Assembly (NCBI GenBank): GCA_040217195.1
Contig: JAVJNR010000005.1
Coordinates: forward strand, 256,001 to 320,000
Direction: 5' to 3'
Origin: Leptospiraceae bacterium
Lineage (GTDB): Bacteria > Spirochaetota > Leptospiria > Leptospirales > Leptonemataceae
DNA length: 64,000 nucleotides
The position numbers and the translations under genes were made by a program. The stretch's first letter is position 1; every line of letters begins with the position of its first letter. Below the pieces are notes generated by a model, which had not been told where the DNA came from, did not search any database, and saw only the letters and a program-made list of their open reading frames with translations. Positions 29,987-39,628 of this stretch are shown here, one piece after another.

Positions 29987-30015
29987 AAAAGGGCCACCGA
30001 AAGGTGGCTTTTTTT
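29987..30015 (+). terminator. Rho-independent terminator after greA
   Basis: AAAAGGGCCACC-GAAA-GGTGGCTTTTTTT. Confidence 0.9.
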
Positions 30016-30208
30016 ATGTACGGCCCCAGACGGTTTTCTGACATTCCTGCCAACCCCAATCCCTCTGAAACAGATTTTCCAATTAACCCTGACGAAAGAC
30101 CTCGGATTACTGCAATGGACTGCATCAGGGATGCAGATGGAAATCTTGTTTCGCGGACGGCTCCAAAAATCATTGGAGGATCTGGAATATATCGTCCAAT
30201 CTGGCCAT

Positions 30209-30637
30209 ATGAAGAATCTACTAACCGTTGCTTTATCTGGCTTAATGTTTCTCGCGGCTGCCTGTAGCTCTCAGGATTTAATTGCAGATCCTTCCAGTCA
30301 AAGTCGCTACAGCTTTGATAGTGACTGGGAAAACATCAAGGAGGCCATACTGAGCAAAGATGTTCGGGGACTGTCTGCTTATGCCGCTTCGGATGCGATC
30401 GATTCAGAATTGATCATCAACTCATTCCATGCAGATCCGGAATTTCTGGAACAACTAAAAAAGGCCACCTATGAAGATCTTAAAGTAGATGATAGCGGCG
30501 AAGAGGTTTTACTGGTACTATCTGTAAACGTATCTGGTTCAGACGAAGATGGAAACGAATACGAAAGCGGTCTGTATCTCTATTTTTTTCAGGGAGAGCC
30601 CGGCCTGCAGCTGGTGAACTTTCTGGCCGCTGGCTAG
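30209..30637 (+). CDS. Acidic hypothetical lipoprotein
   Basis: MKNLLTVALSGLMFLAAAC lipobox; the ORF-track start (29975) would cross the greA terminator. Confidence 0.75.
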   Translation: MKNLLTVALSGLMFLAAACSSQDLIADPSSQSRYSFDSDWENIKEAILSKDVRGLSAYAASDAIDSELIINSFHADPEFLEQLKKATYEDLKVDDSGEEVLLVLSVNVSGSDEDGNEYESGLYLYFFQGEPGLQLVNFLAAG

Positions 30638-30755
30638 ACCAGGATTTGACCCAGTTGGGCTGTGGTCGCAGAACCGGATTTTCCAGGATTTAAATTCAGG
30701 GCGCTTTCTGTGAGCCCGCACAGAGGCGCCATTGTTACCTGGGCGAAAATTGACT

Positions 30756-30784
30756 TTGACCTGATCTGATCTGATCTCTATCCT
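30756..30784 (+). promoter_or_regulatory. Sigma70 promoter with (TGATC)3 spacer
   Basis: TTGACC, TGATCTGATCTGATCTC (17 nt), TATCCT. Confidence 0.55.
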
Positions 30785-30789
30785 TCAAT

Positions 30790-30825
30790 CTGGAAGGCCC
30801 TGGTGCAGCAACCAGGGCCTTCCAG
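30790..30825 (+). repeat. Perfect 15-bp inverted repeat (5'-UTR hairpin)
   Basis: CTGGAAGGCCCTGGT-GCAGCA-ACCAGGGCCTTCCAG; no U-tract. Confidence 0.85.
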
Positions 30826-30865
30826 TTCGCAAATCCAGAATTGAAAACTGTATATTCGAGACCCT

Positions 30866-31861
30866 ATGAAAACTTTAATACTTGGCTCCACCGGCATGAT
30901 AGGCGCAAACATAGTCCGCCAATCCGGAACAGAAGAGAAAATTCGATTGCTAGTTCGTAGTCCGCAAAAAGGCCAATCCGTACTCCGGGAACAGAGCCTG
31001 GATCCTAAAAATTTTGAAATACTGACCGGAGATATAACTGATTACCACTCTCTGTTAGCTGCAATGCAGGGTATGGAGCTTGTATACCATGCAGCCGGAC
31101 TTCCGGAGCAATGGTTTCCGGATCCGGGTATCTTTCAGAAGGTCAACCACCAGGGCACCGTTAATGTTATGAAAGCGGCAATGGAAGCCGGAGTTTCGCG
31201 GGTAGTCTATACAAGCACCATCGATGTATTCCAGGGTAAAATAGGACAGCTCTATGACGAAAGTATTCTGGATCCGGCTCCCAAAGGTACATTCTACGAA
31301 AGATCCAAACAGGATGCGGATAGGGCTGCCGTGGAAGCACTGAAAGATGGACTGGATGTTGTATTTACTCATCCGGCCGGTCTCTATGGACCAGGACCCT
31401 CCGGCTCTCCTGGTGCAAATAATTTCATTTCAGACTTAATCAACGGTAAAATACCTATGCTTCTGCCCGGCGGATTTCCTTTGGTCTACAGCGAAGACTG
31501 CGCCTCAGCGCATATCAAGGCGGCCAGGTCCGCGCCCACAGGGGCCAGGTATATTCTAAGCGATGATTACTATTCCCTGAAAGATCTGGCTATGATGGTA
31601 AAGGATCTGGTCCAATCGGTAAAGGTGCCCCGGGTAATGCCTCTTTGGTTTGCAAAACTGTTTTCCGCTTCCGGTGAACTAAAAGCGAAGATACTTAAGA
31701 GTGCACCCATGCTTCCTGCAGGTCAGCTTCATTTCCTGCTCTGGCAGGCCATACCGGATTCCAGCCGTGCCAGGCGAGAGTTGGACTGGAAGGTCACTGG
31801 CACAGCCAATGGTATTCAAAAGACCATTGATTTTCTGAAGAACCGGGGGATGATTCTATGA
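30866..31861 (+). CDS. NAD-dependent epimerase/dehydratase (extended SDR)
   Basis: GSTGMIG, HAAG, YTST and YERSK. Confidence 0.92.
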   Translation: MKTLILGSTGMIGANIVRQSGTEEKIRLLVRSPQKGQSVLREQSLDPKNFEILTGDITDYHSLLAAMQGMELVYHAAGLPEQWFPDPGIFQKVNHQGTVNVMKAAMEAGVSRVVYTSTIDVFQGKIGQLYDESILDPAPKGTFYERSKQDADRAAVEALKDGLDVVFTHPAGLYGPGPSGSPGANNFISDLINGKIPMLLPGGFPLVYSEDCASAHIKAARSAPTGARYILSDDYYSLKDLAMMVKDLVQSVKVPRVMPLWFAKLFSASGELKAKILKSAPMLPAGQLHFLLWQAIPDSSRARRELDWKVTGTANGIQKTIDFLKNRGMIL

Positions 31862-33090
31862 AAGCTTTTTTTTCAGCAATAATACTCGGTTTGGCCAGCA
31901 TCGTTTGCTCAACAGCCGATTCTGAGCTACTCACCGTTGATGGAAAAGAAGCCTTTCGTTTTTCCGTGGATGAGGTGGAAATGGCCACGGAGCCGTTGCA
32001 CGAAAGCCCGGCCGCAACCCTGCTAGAGCGAAATCTACCGAACGGCATTATTCTGGCACACTCCGTCAGGCAGGGCAATTCGATGCTGGTCGATGCAGCA
32101 CTCGATCTACCCATTAGCGATACAACACATATGTTGAATATGTCCCCCGGATTTCAGCTAAACAACCTGGTGCAGGCCGTTCACTATGCCCATTCCCAGC
32201 ACAGGCCTCTAGTGCTTTCACCGGATATTGTATGGATCGCTATTCTACAGGGCTTCGCCTTGCACCAGAAAATCCATGAAAAGGTACCTGAAAAAAAGAA
32301 ACTGGAAGCTATCGTTTTTCACGATTTCGACCCGGAGAATCCTCAATCGGATTGGACTCCCATTATTGAAGAGCTTTCCGCCCTTCTCTTTGAAGCAGAA
32401 GGTGAATCGCTAAGAAAACTTCTTCCTGAGTTTTCCACTACTACAGCCACAGAGAAAATGGTTATGCGAGCCACTCTTCTGACAGCCTATCAGAATAAAT
32501 ATGAATACTCGGTTGGAGCTATTTGCGGTATTCCTCACATTACTCTGCTAGGTACGGTAGAGGACTGGGTAGTATTGAGACAGCGGGCGGAGTTACTGAA
32601 GGATTACGATCTTCAATGGTGGCTAAAGCCCCTGCTACCGGTGCTGGATCAATTTGTGGCAGCACGGTCCGGCACTATCGATGAAAACTTCTGGAAAAGT
32701 ATCTATAAAAAAGAGGGAGAGTACGTAAGTCAGGGACTGAACGGATGGATTCTACGTTTCTATCCCTATACAAGAAATCCGGCGAAGATCACATCCTACG
32801 ATCCCATGAAGTCCGGAGAGTCAGTAGAGATACCCACAGAACGTTTTGAGCGAAATGTCTTTGTCATCAATCCAGAAAATCCATGCGGAGAAAGCAGAAA
32901 CGATGCTCCCCCCTGCTTTATTCCCCTGGAAAGCATCCCTGCAGATACGGGAAGCTTTCCTTTGACCCTGGAGCGCCGCAGCACCGGTCAGATCTACAAT
33001 CTGGAATTTTACTCCGGAATAATTGGAATCAAGCAAAAGAGTGATCTGTCCCTGATGCCTCTAACTGGATGGTATACCAGAAAGCGATAG
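31858..33090 (+). CDS. DUF4419-like secreted protein
   Basis: AH.QHRPLVLSPD.VW, FSTTT, CGIP.ITLLGT.EDW and GWI..FYPY; N-terminal signal. Confidence 0.85.
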   Translation: MKAFFSAIILGLASIVCSTADSELLTVDGKEAFRFSVDEVEMATEPLHESPAATLLERNLPNGIILAHSVRQGNSMLVDAALDLPISDTTHMLNMSPGFQLNNLVQAVHYAHSQHRPLVLSPDIVWIAILQGFALHQKIHEKVPEKKKLEAIVFHDFDPENPQSDWTPIIEELSALLFEAEGESLRKLLPEFSTTTATEKMVMRATLLTAYQNKYEYSVGAICGIPHITLLGTVEDWVVLRQRAELLKDYDLQWWLKPLLPVLDQFVAARSGTIDENFWKSIYKKEGEYVSQGLNGWILRFYPYTRNPAKITSYDPMKSGESVEIPTERFERNVFVINPENPCGESRNDAPPCFIPLESIPADTGSFPLTLERRSTGQIYNLEFYSGIIGIKQKSDLSLMPLTGWYTRKR

Positions 33091-33301
33091 GCCTTTGTAT
33101 GCTACCAGTATGGCTGGCCTGGGCCCTCCGAACCTCCGATTGCAGGGCCTGATCAGCCAGAGGATGCTATCAAAAAGAAGGGCATGCAGATATGCGGCTA
33201 TCAGGCCGGTTGTCATATTTTGCTTAATCGATGGTAATGGACCGGGCGCAGACTTTCTGCGATCTGGTTTTTTTCCTGGATCGAGTCGGGGTCGGCAGGA
33301 A

Positions 33302-34210
33302 TTAATCAAGCTCAGCGATCTGACGTTTAACGTCCTGAACCTTTTCGTCCTGGCCTTTACCTTCGTAGTAATCCAGTAAATCGTTCAAGGCCTGGCGTTT
33401 TTCATCGTCCGAATTGGCTTTCTTTACGGCCCTTTTGAGCTGCATCTCTTTGTTGTAGGCCGCAGCATACCGCTCATTCATGAAACCACGACGAACCTCT
33501 TCTGAGAGCTCTTCGGTGCCCTCTACTGGAGGTGTTGTTTCTGCTTCTGGCATGTTGGATGCAATTTCCTGATTGCCAGCGTCTCCGCGAGTGGGCTCGG
33601 ACTGCTCTTCACTGCCTTCAGATTGTACATCCGAAGGATCTTCGGTTTGAGTCTGATAATTTCTTTGTCGCGCTTGAGGAGTTGCCACAGCCACTTCTTC
33701 ACGCTGGGTACCCGGATCTTCACCTGCATTATTAGATGCTTCCGGTTGCTCTGCATTTTCGGCCATCATGCGCGGACCGTCAGCCGCTTCTTCAGAAGTG
33801 GCATCCTCTTTTGAAGCCGTTTGAGAGATTTCAGAGGAAGGATTGTAAAATAGAACTACAAGCAGTATGGCCGCCGCAGCCGCCAGACCGCCGCCAGCAT
33901 ACATGGTCATGGCAGGAGAGAATACAGACTTCAGACTTTCAAGAAAGCCAAAAGCAGCAGGATCCTTGCTATCGCCGGGCAGACCTTCGGCCTCCAGACG
34001 ATTCAGCAACATTTTGGAAAACTCATCTTCCGAATATAGAGGGGCTGGAGTCTTCTCTGAAAGGGATTGAAATGTGTTGCGCAAGGATTGGTCCATACTC
34101 TTTTCCATAGCCAGGGCCTTGCGATCCGCATCAGAAAGACCGGCATCATCCGCAGGCAATTCCCGCTCCGGTTCCTGCAGATACTCATCTATTTTATTGC
34201 GCTTGTTCAA
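33302..34210 (-). CDS. Putative membrane-anchored anti-sigma factor
   Basis: Overlaps the ECF sigma stop; cytoplasmic N-domain, single TM, acidic periplasmic tail. Confidence 0.65.
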   Translation of the reverse strand: MNKRNKIDEYLQEPERELPADDAGLSDADRKALAMEKSMDQSLRNTFQSLSEKTPAPLYSEDEFSKMLLNRLEAEGLPGDSKDPAAFGFLESLKSVFSPAMTMYAGGGLAAAAAILLVVLFYNPSSEISQTASKEDATSEEAADGPRMMAENAEQPEASNNAGEDPGTQREEVAVATPQARQRNYQTQTEDPSDVQSEGSEEQSEPTRGDAGNQEIASNMPEAETTPPVEGTEELSEEVRRGFMNERYAAAYNKEMQLKRAVKKANSDDEKRQALNDLLDYYEGKGQDEKVQDVKRQIAELD

Positions 34211-34775
34211 AAAACTCCGTCCCTTTGCCGTCCTGCAAAATTGCCCGCTTTAAAAGCTCCCTTGCTTTGAACAGTCGGCTTTTTACCGTTCCTACCTGAA
34301 TCTTCAGTACCGAAGCTATCTCCTGGTAGGAAAGGTCATCAAAGTATCTCATCACCAGGATCTCACGGTATCGCTTGTCCAGAGTGTTGATTTGTTCGAT
34401 TAGATAAGAGGACTCCGTGGAAAGTTCGAGATTTTTTTCCAGATCGATCCTATCGTCATGAATCATGAATGCAACTGAGTCCAGGGAGTCCGAAGGAGCA
34501 TTCTTTTTACTCCTATGGAAGTCCCTGCACTTGTTTACTACGATTCTATACAGCCAAGTGTATATGCCACTTTCTCCACGAAAGGATTTTAAGGCACGAT
34601 AGGCAGTAACCAGGGCTTCCTGGAGGATATCCTCTGCATCCTGTGGATTACCCAGCATGGATACAGCTTTCCGGATAAGTCTGGTTCTGTACGGCGATAC
34701 CAGCTCCATAAAGGATCGCTGATCGCCCTTCAGGGTTTTCTCAATCAGGCCCTTCTCGGAAGCCCGCTCGGACAT
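34194..34775 (-). CDS. ECF RNA polymerase sigma factor (RpoE-like)
   Basis: DAEDILQE, TWLYRI and LSYQEIA....GTVKSRLFKAR. Confidence 0.93.
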   Translation of the reverse strand: MSERASEKGLIEKTLKGDQRSFMELVSPYRTRLIRKAVSMLGNPQDAEDILQEALVTAYRALKSFRGESGIYTWLYRIVVNKCRDFHRSKKNAPSDSLDSVAFMIHDDRIDLEKNLELSTESSYLIEQINTLDKRYREILVMRYFDDLSYQEIASVLKIQVGTVKSRLFKARELLKRAILQDGKGTEFFEQAQ

Positions 34776-34776
34776 G

Positions 34777-35484
34777 CTATTTCTCCGCTCCCTGGCTTTC
34801 GGATGTCTCATCGGATTGGGGTGCAAATCCGATGGTTACTACCAGAATCAGAATACCTACTACGATCAGACTATCCGCCAGGTTAAAAATGGGCCAGGAT
34901 TCCCAGGCCAGCCACTTGAGCAGGAAGACATCCTGAAATTGATCCAGGCCAAACCAGATACACTCAACAAAATCTACTACTCCACTTACATGACCTTTTT
35001 GAGGCCCAAAGCTAAGTATCCACTCCCTGGTTTCCAGGCTCTTCACAAAGAGCTTATCAATGAGATTCCCTGTAGCACCTGAGAATACAAATAGCCAGGC
35101 CAGAGGATGGCCTGCTCCGTATGTCATCCATCGATAAAAGAATAGAAAAATGATAGCACCAGCTGTAAGAAAGATTCCAAGCACCGGAGCCGATGGACCG
35201 CTACCGAAAAGAAATCTATCGTTAAATACCAGACGGAGACGAATATACTCTCCCTGATCGCCCCAGATAGGAACGAAATTGGTTTCATCCATTTCAGCGG
35301 GCATTCCGCGATTGGTAAAAACTCCGGCTTCCATTCTCTGAGTTGCAGACAGCCCAAAATTCAAAGAATCTGTTACGATTTTCTTTGTGGTTAAATCTGC
35401 AGCCACCAGAGCTACAAAAAAGCCGATCCATACAACAGGATATGCTTTTAAAAAGGGGACGGGGAAAGTCAGAATCTTTTTCAT
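34777..35484 (-). CDS. lspA: Lipoprotein signal peptidase II
   Basis: GA.GNLIDK, GVVDF and WPIFNLADS catalytic motifs. Confidence 0.9.
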   Translation of the reverse strand: MKKILTFPVPFLKAYPVVWIGFFVALVAADLTTKKIVTDSLNFGLSATQRMEAGVFTNRGMPAEMDETNFVPIWGDQGEYIRLRLVFNDRFLFGSGPSAPVLGIFLTAGAIIFLFFYRWMTYGAGHPLAWLFVFSGATGNLIDKLFVKSLETREWILSFGPQKGHVSGVVDFVECIWFGLDQFQDVFLLKWLAWESWPIFNLADSLIVVGILILVVTIGFAPQSDETSESQGAEK

Positions 35485-35753
35485 GAAATCAGCGCCCATT
35501 GATACAGGCAATAACCACACCGTCAAGCCCGTAGCGGTGCTTTCGGTGCAAAGGAATGCACTTTGACTCATAATTCATCCGAGCCTCCCACCGAAGTGTT
35601 TTCCTCTTGCCCGGCCGGCCGGAGTGGCAATTCTGGTGGGCATAACCTGGAGGCTTACCCGGGTTCACCGCAAGCACGGTTCTTTAAGCCCCGACCACAT
35701 TGGACCTGCACTCAGCATTATCGTAGAATGCCAGAACAGGAATAGTTCACCCT

Positions 35754-37079
35754 ATGGAAGCAACAGAAAAGCATCAATCCTACACCCAGGATCCTATGAC
35801 CACCCTTTCCAGTCTGGAAGGGTTTGAGAAACAGTACACTGAAATACCAGTAGAAGCGATTATCAAACAGGATGTTCTTCGCCTGGGAGTTCATTTTGAT
35901 GAGAAATCCCTGGAGAAGGGAGATTACAAGACCAAGGATTATTTCATTTTTACATTCGATCATATTCCACTTCAGGAACAAAGCGAAACCGTACGATTTC
36001 GAGCACCAGAAGAGATTCGAGTTTCTGGTGGTCATTTCAATCTAAAGCCTACAATTATCAGCGTTCGACTGGATCATAGATCACCCTATCAGGTAAGATT
36101 CACAGAAGAAGGTCCTGCCCTTTATTTGAATGATACGAACCTGGGTACCGTGGAATTTCCACCTATTCCGGACTGGTACAGGCATCGAACGGAAAGTGGT
36201 AAAAGTCCAGGTGAAATTGCTCCTGTTATTGAATGGGGTTATTTGCTGTACCTTACCGTATTTAGAAACTGTCAGTACTTCGGAAAAGATGAAGAATGCG
36301 CCTTCTGCGATATCAATCATAACTGGCGTCAGCAGAAGATGGCCGGAAGACCTTACACCGGAATCAAATCGGTGGAAGAGCTCCTGGAAGTGCTTTCCTG
36401 GGTGGACCAGGAGGACCAGATTGCCCGAGTTTACACCATCACCGGTGGATCGGTACTTACCAATCTCAAGAAGAAAAACGAAACGGACTTCTATTACGAG
36501 TACGCAGAAGCAATCGAAAACAAGTTTCCTGGTCGATGGATGGGTAAGATGGTAACCCAGGCCTGGGAGAAAGAAGATCTATGGCGCTTCAAGGATGTTG
36601 GGATTCAGGTGTATCATCCTAACTATGAGATCTGGGATAAAAAGATGTTCCCTCATATCTGTCCTGGAAAGGAGCGCTTCATCGGCCGCGAAAACTGGAT
36701 TCGTCGAATCATCGAATCTGTGGAAGTGTTTGGCCCATCGCATGTTATTCCTAATTTCGTGGGCGGTGTTGAGCTGGCCAAACCCTACGGATACGACACC
36801 GTTGAAGATGCAGTGGCTTCCACCGCAGAAGGACTGGATTACTTCATGAGTCATGGAGTGGTACCCAGGTTTACCACCTGGTGTCCCGAGCCCTATACTA
36901 CCCTGGGCAGTCAGCCGGGCCCTCCCCTGAAATATTTTCTGGAACTGCTCACCGTCTGGAAACAGACTTTTGAAAAATACAATCTCCCAGTTCCTCCAGG
37001 ATATGGTGATCCGGGTCCAGGAAAGGCAGTCTTTTCAGTGAGCGCTTTTATGGATGTAATCGGTTACGAAGGTCGTTAA
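35754..37079 (+). CDS. Radical SAM protein with CX8CX2C motif
   Basis: CQYFGKDEECAFC, TITGG and NYEIWD...CPGK (biotin-synthase-like barrel). Confidence 0.85.
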   Translation: MEATEKHQSYTQDPMTTLSSLEGFEKQYTEIPVEAIIKQDVLRLGVHFDEKSLEKGDYKTKDYFIFTFDHIPLQEQSETVRFRAPEEIRVSGGHFNLKPTIISVRLDHRSPYQVRFTEEGPALYLNDTNLGTVEFPPIPDWYRHRTESGKSPGEIAPVIEWGYLLYLTVFRNCQYFGKDEECAFCDINHNWRQQKMAGRPYTGIKSVEELLEVLSWVDQEDQIARVYTITGGSVLTNLKKKNETDFYYEYAEAIENKFPGRWMGKMVTQAWEKEDLWRFKDVGIQVYHPNYEIWDKKMFPHICPGKERFIGRENWIRRIIESVEVFGPSHVIPNFVGGVELAKPYGYDTVEDAVASTAEGLDYFMSHGVVPRFTTWCPEPYTTLGSQPGPPLKYFLELLTVWKQTFEKYNLPVPPGYGDPGPGKAVFSVSAFMDVIGYEGR

Positions 37080-37291
37080 TCTCTTGCATCGGCATTCATC
37101 GCTGCAGCCAGGTTGCTTCTAAAAGTAACGATTGGATGGTCACGGGTCATTCCATGGCATCTGGCTATATCTGTCTTAGATACAAGTCAGAGCCTGGCAT
37201 AGAATAAAGAAAGACATACGTTGCTAAGCCCATTTGACGGAACGTCACTTCAAAGCTAAAAATTGAAACCAGGTTCAATCTAAATGCTTTC

Positions 37292-37394
37292 GATTTCCGC
37301 TACTCAGCCGGGCGATTCGCTCCGCTTTCGGCTAACCGGCCGGGCGATTCAGCTTGCTTTCAGCTAACCGGCCAGGCGATCCAGCCTGCTTTCA
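37292..37394. repeat. Tandem repeat, three 32-bp units plus a partial
   Basis: Units start at 37292, 37324, 37356 and 37388; consensus GCTTTCRGCTAACCGGCCRGGCGATYCAGCYT. Confidence 0.85.
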
Positions 37395-37909
37395 TCCACA
37401 GGAGCCTGCAATGTTGCCACAGAACTGGCAGGATCAGGGCCGCTCACAGGTTCGAATCCGTAGATACGGGCAAGCAAGGTCCGATCTGAACAGGCCGATA
37501 CAGCAGGACAAACCGGGCTACTTTGATAGCTGGGAAACAATCTTTTCATGTAAAGATTTAGATGTCTGAGTCTGGAAGCTGGAATATACTCCCTGGCATA
37601 AAGAATCAAAGCGATGGGACGACCCAGTTCTTCCTTCAGTACATTGTAATCGATCCTGAGTCTGTTTGCACTGCGAGCTCCGGGCATTGAAGCCTCTGCA
37701 ACCCTGAGTGGTATCTGATCGAGAGTTAATTGCTCTTCGATACTTTTCGCATCATCGGTAGATTTCAAGCTGCACATCCATCGGCAGCTTAAAGCCAGGA
37801 TTTCAGGATAGGAGTTCAACGCCCGCCGCAGGGCCGCCAGAGTATCGCTTTCAGGGCGAAATCCCTGACTGTTTGTAAGTCTGGTTCGAATAGAATGAAC
37901 GGGTATCAT
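37364..37909 (-). CDS. Hypothetical protein
   Basis: 181-aa ORF filling the gap; no recognised motif. Confidence 0.5.
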   Translation of the reverse strand: MIPVHSIRTRLTNSQGFRPESDTLAALRRALNSYPEILALSCRWMCSLKSTDDAKSIEEQLTLDQIPLRVAEASMPGARSANRLRIDYNVLKEELGRPIALILYAREYIPASRLRHLNLYMKRLFPSYQSSPVCPAVSACSDRTLLARIYGFEPVSGPDPASSVATLQAPVDESRLDRLAG

Positions 37910-38013
37910 ACCCGGTACTGTTTATTAGGCCCGGATCGTTCGAATAAATCAAGTGGGGTCCGCGCAGACTCGAAAAAAAGTTGCCCCGCAAATAGAAGCA
38001 GAGAATCGAAGGC

Positions 38014-39192
38014 ATGCGTCCTGTGGTCTTCTTGCTTATTCTGTCACTATTTTCCTGCAGTCCTGATAAACCTGTGGCAACTACTATCAATACATCACTG
38101 GATCCTATGCCAGCATTCCAGCGACAGTACTGGCCCACAGATGGATGGAGAGAAAAGCTGCTGCCGGCCGATCGATGGCACGCACTGGAGGATTATGCAT
38201 TTTCCCGCACCGGAGATGAAGAGGATCGGGCTGGTATACGCACAGATGGGGTTGTAATTATCAGGAATGGATATCTAATCTATGAGCGATATGCGGCGGG
38301 TTACGATCAGAACATGCCTCATCTCACCTGGTCTGTAAGTAAGAGCGTAATTCAGGCATTGATTGGGATTGCCCAAAAGGAAGGATTACTTTCGATTGAA
38401 GATCCGATAGAAAAGTATATAGCTGAAGCCGGGCGAGATAGACCAATCAGAATCAAACATTTACTTCAGATGAGCTCCGGTTTGGATGCGAATGAAGGAT
38501 ATGAAAGCGGGCCGTTAAAATCGTCGGTCATTGCCATGCTATATACTAGAGGTAGAAATGATATGGCTCGCTTCTGTGCATCCTTACCTTCCAGGGCCGA
38601 GCCAGGCACATACGTTTATTACTCCAGCTGCGATACAAATATTCTTTCCGGTGCTTTGAAGAATGCACTGATTCAAGCCCATGGAGAACAGGAAGGTAGG
38701 AAACAGTACAGCCAATACCCCTGGGAGAAGCTTTTTGGGCCCCTGGGCATGAAAACGGCCGTATGGGAAAGGGATGCATCCGGCACCTTTGTCGGGTCTT
38801 CTTATCTGTACGCAAGCCCCAGGGACATGGCCAAATTTGCATTTCTTTATCTTAATAATGGCCAATGGGAAGGCAATCAACTGCTACCGGAAAACTGGCT
38901 GGATCTGACTCGCACCGTGGCTCCAGCCTATGAAAGTACCCCGGCCTATCCTGGATGGGAATATCTATACACGGCTCATTGGTATGCGAATACTGGAATT
39001 CCAGAACTGGGGCTGAAGCCTCAATGGCCTTCCGCTCCAGAGGACACCTTCGCGGCCACCGGACACTGGGGGCAGATGATATTCATTATTCCCGGCATGG
39101 ATATGATCATCGTTCGGATGGGTGATGACAGAGACGGCTCATTCGACAAGGATCGGTTCTTGAAATTGATCCTGGAGGCAGTAGAAAAATGA
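38014..39192 (+). CDS. Serine hydrolase, beta-lactamase class C-like lipoprotein
   Basis: SVSK, YSS, HLLQMSSGL and ATGHWGQ motifs; lipobox LFSC. Confidence 0.9.
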   Translation: MRPVVFLLILSLFSCSPDKPVATTINTSLDPMPAFQRQYWPTDGWREKLLPADRWHALEDYAFSRTGDEEDRAGIRTDGVVIIRNGYLIYERYAAGYDQNMPHLTWSVSKSVIQALIGIAQKEGLLSIEDPIEKYIAEAGRDRPIRIKHLLQMSSGLDANEGYESGPLKSSVIAMLYTRGRNDMARFCASLPSRAEPGTYVYYSSCDTNILSGALKNALIQAHGEQEGRKQYSQYPWEKLFGPLGMKTAVWERDASGTFVGSSYLYASPRDMAKFAFLYLNNGQWEGNQLLPENWLDLTRTVAPAYESTPAYPGWEYLYTAHWYANTGIPELGLKPQWPSAPEDTFAATGHWGQMIFIIPGMDMIIVRMGDDRDGSFDKDRFLKLILEAVEK

Positions 39193-39515
39193 AGAAATTC
39201 ATTCGGATTCTTATCATAGCCACTGCAATACTCATAGTTGCAGGCACCGCATTTGCCATCGCCAACTGGAAGCATATATCTTCTTTTCCGCATATTATCT
39301 CCAGCTTCTATTCCAAGGAATTCTGCAGCTGCTATTTTGTGGTCGGTAGGTCCGAAGCTTTCTGTCATAACTACGCCAGACAGTACGTGCCCATTAGCGA
39401 ATTCTCGCTGGACGAATCCAGTCAATCGGTGACGGTTACAGGTCTGGGAATTACTACCACCAGCGCATTTGTAAGTGAGAAGTACGGTTGTGTAATTCAA
39501 GGGGCCGTAGATTGA
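39189..39515 (+). CDS. Small Cys-containing exported partner of the serine hydrolase
   Basis: ATGA overlap; N-terminal TM; KEFCSCYFVVGR...YGC. Confidence 0.75.
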   Translation: MKKFIRILIIATAILIVAGTAFAIANWKHISSFPHIISSFYSKEFCSCYFVVGRSEAFCHNYARQYVPISEFSLDESSQSVTVTGLGITTTSAFVSEKYGCVIQGAVD

Positions 39516-39628
39516 GAATTCCCGCTGAAGAGAGTTTCTAAGATAAACTGTACAATTAATTGCTGCGATAACTTCTCAAACCGGATAGAGAAAGAGTAGG
39601 ACTTGATGATTCAGAAAAGCGCTTTGAC

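Noticed and set aside
29975..30208. N-terminal extension of the lipoprotein ORF
   Set aside because: It crosses the greA terminator; the signal peptide begins at 30209.
35485..35753. Riboswitch/ncRNA in the lspA-radical SAM divergent spacer
   Set aside because: Only short GC-rich palindromes; no recognisable aptamer core or terminator.
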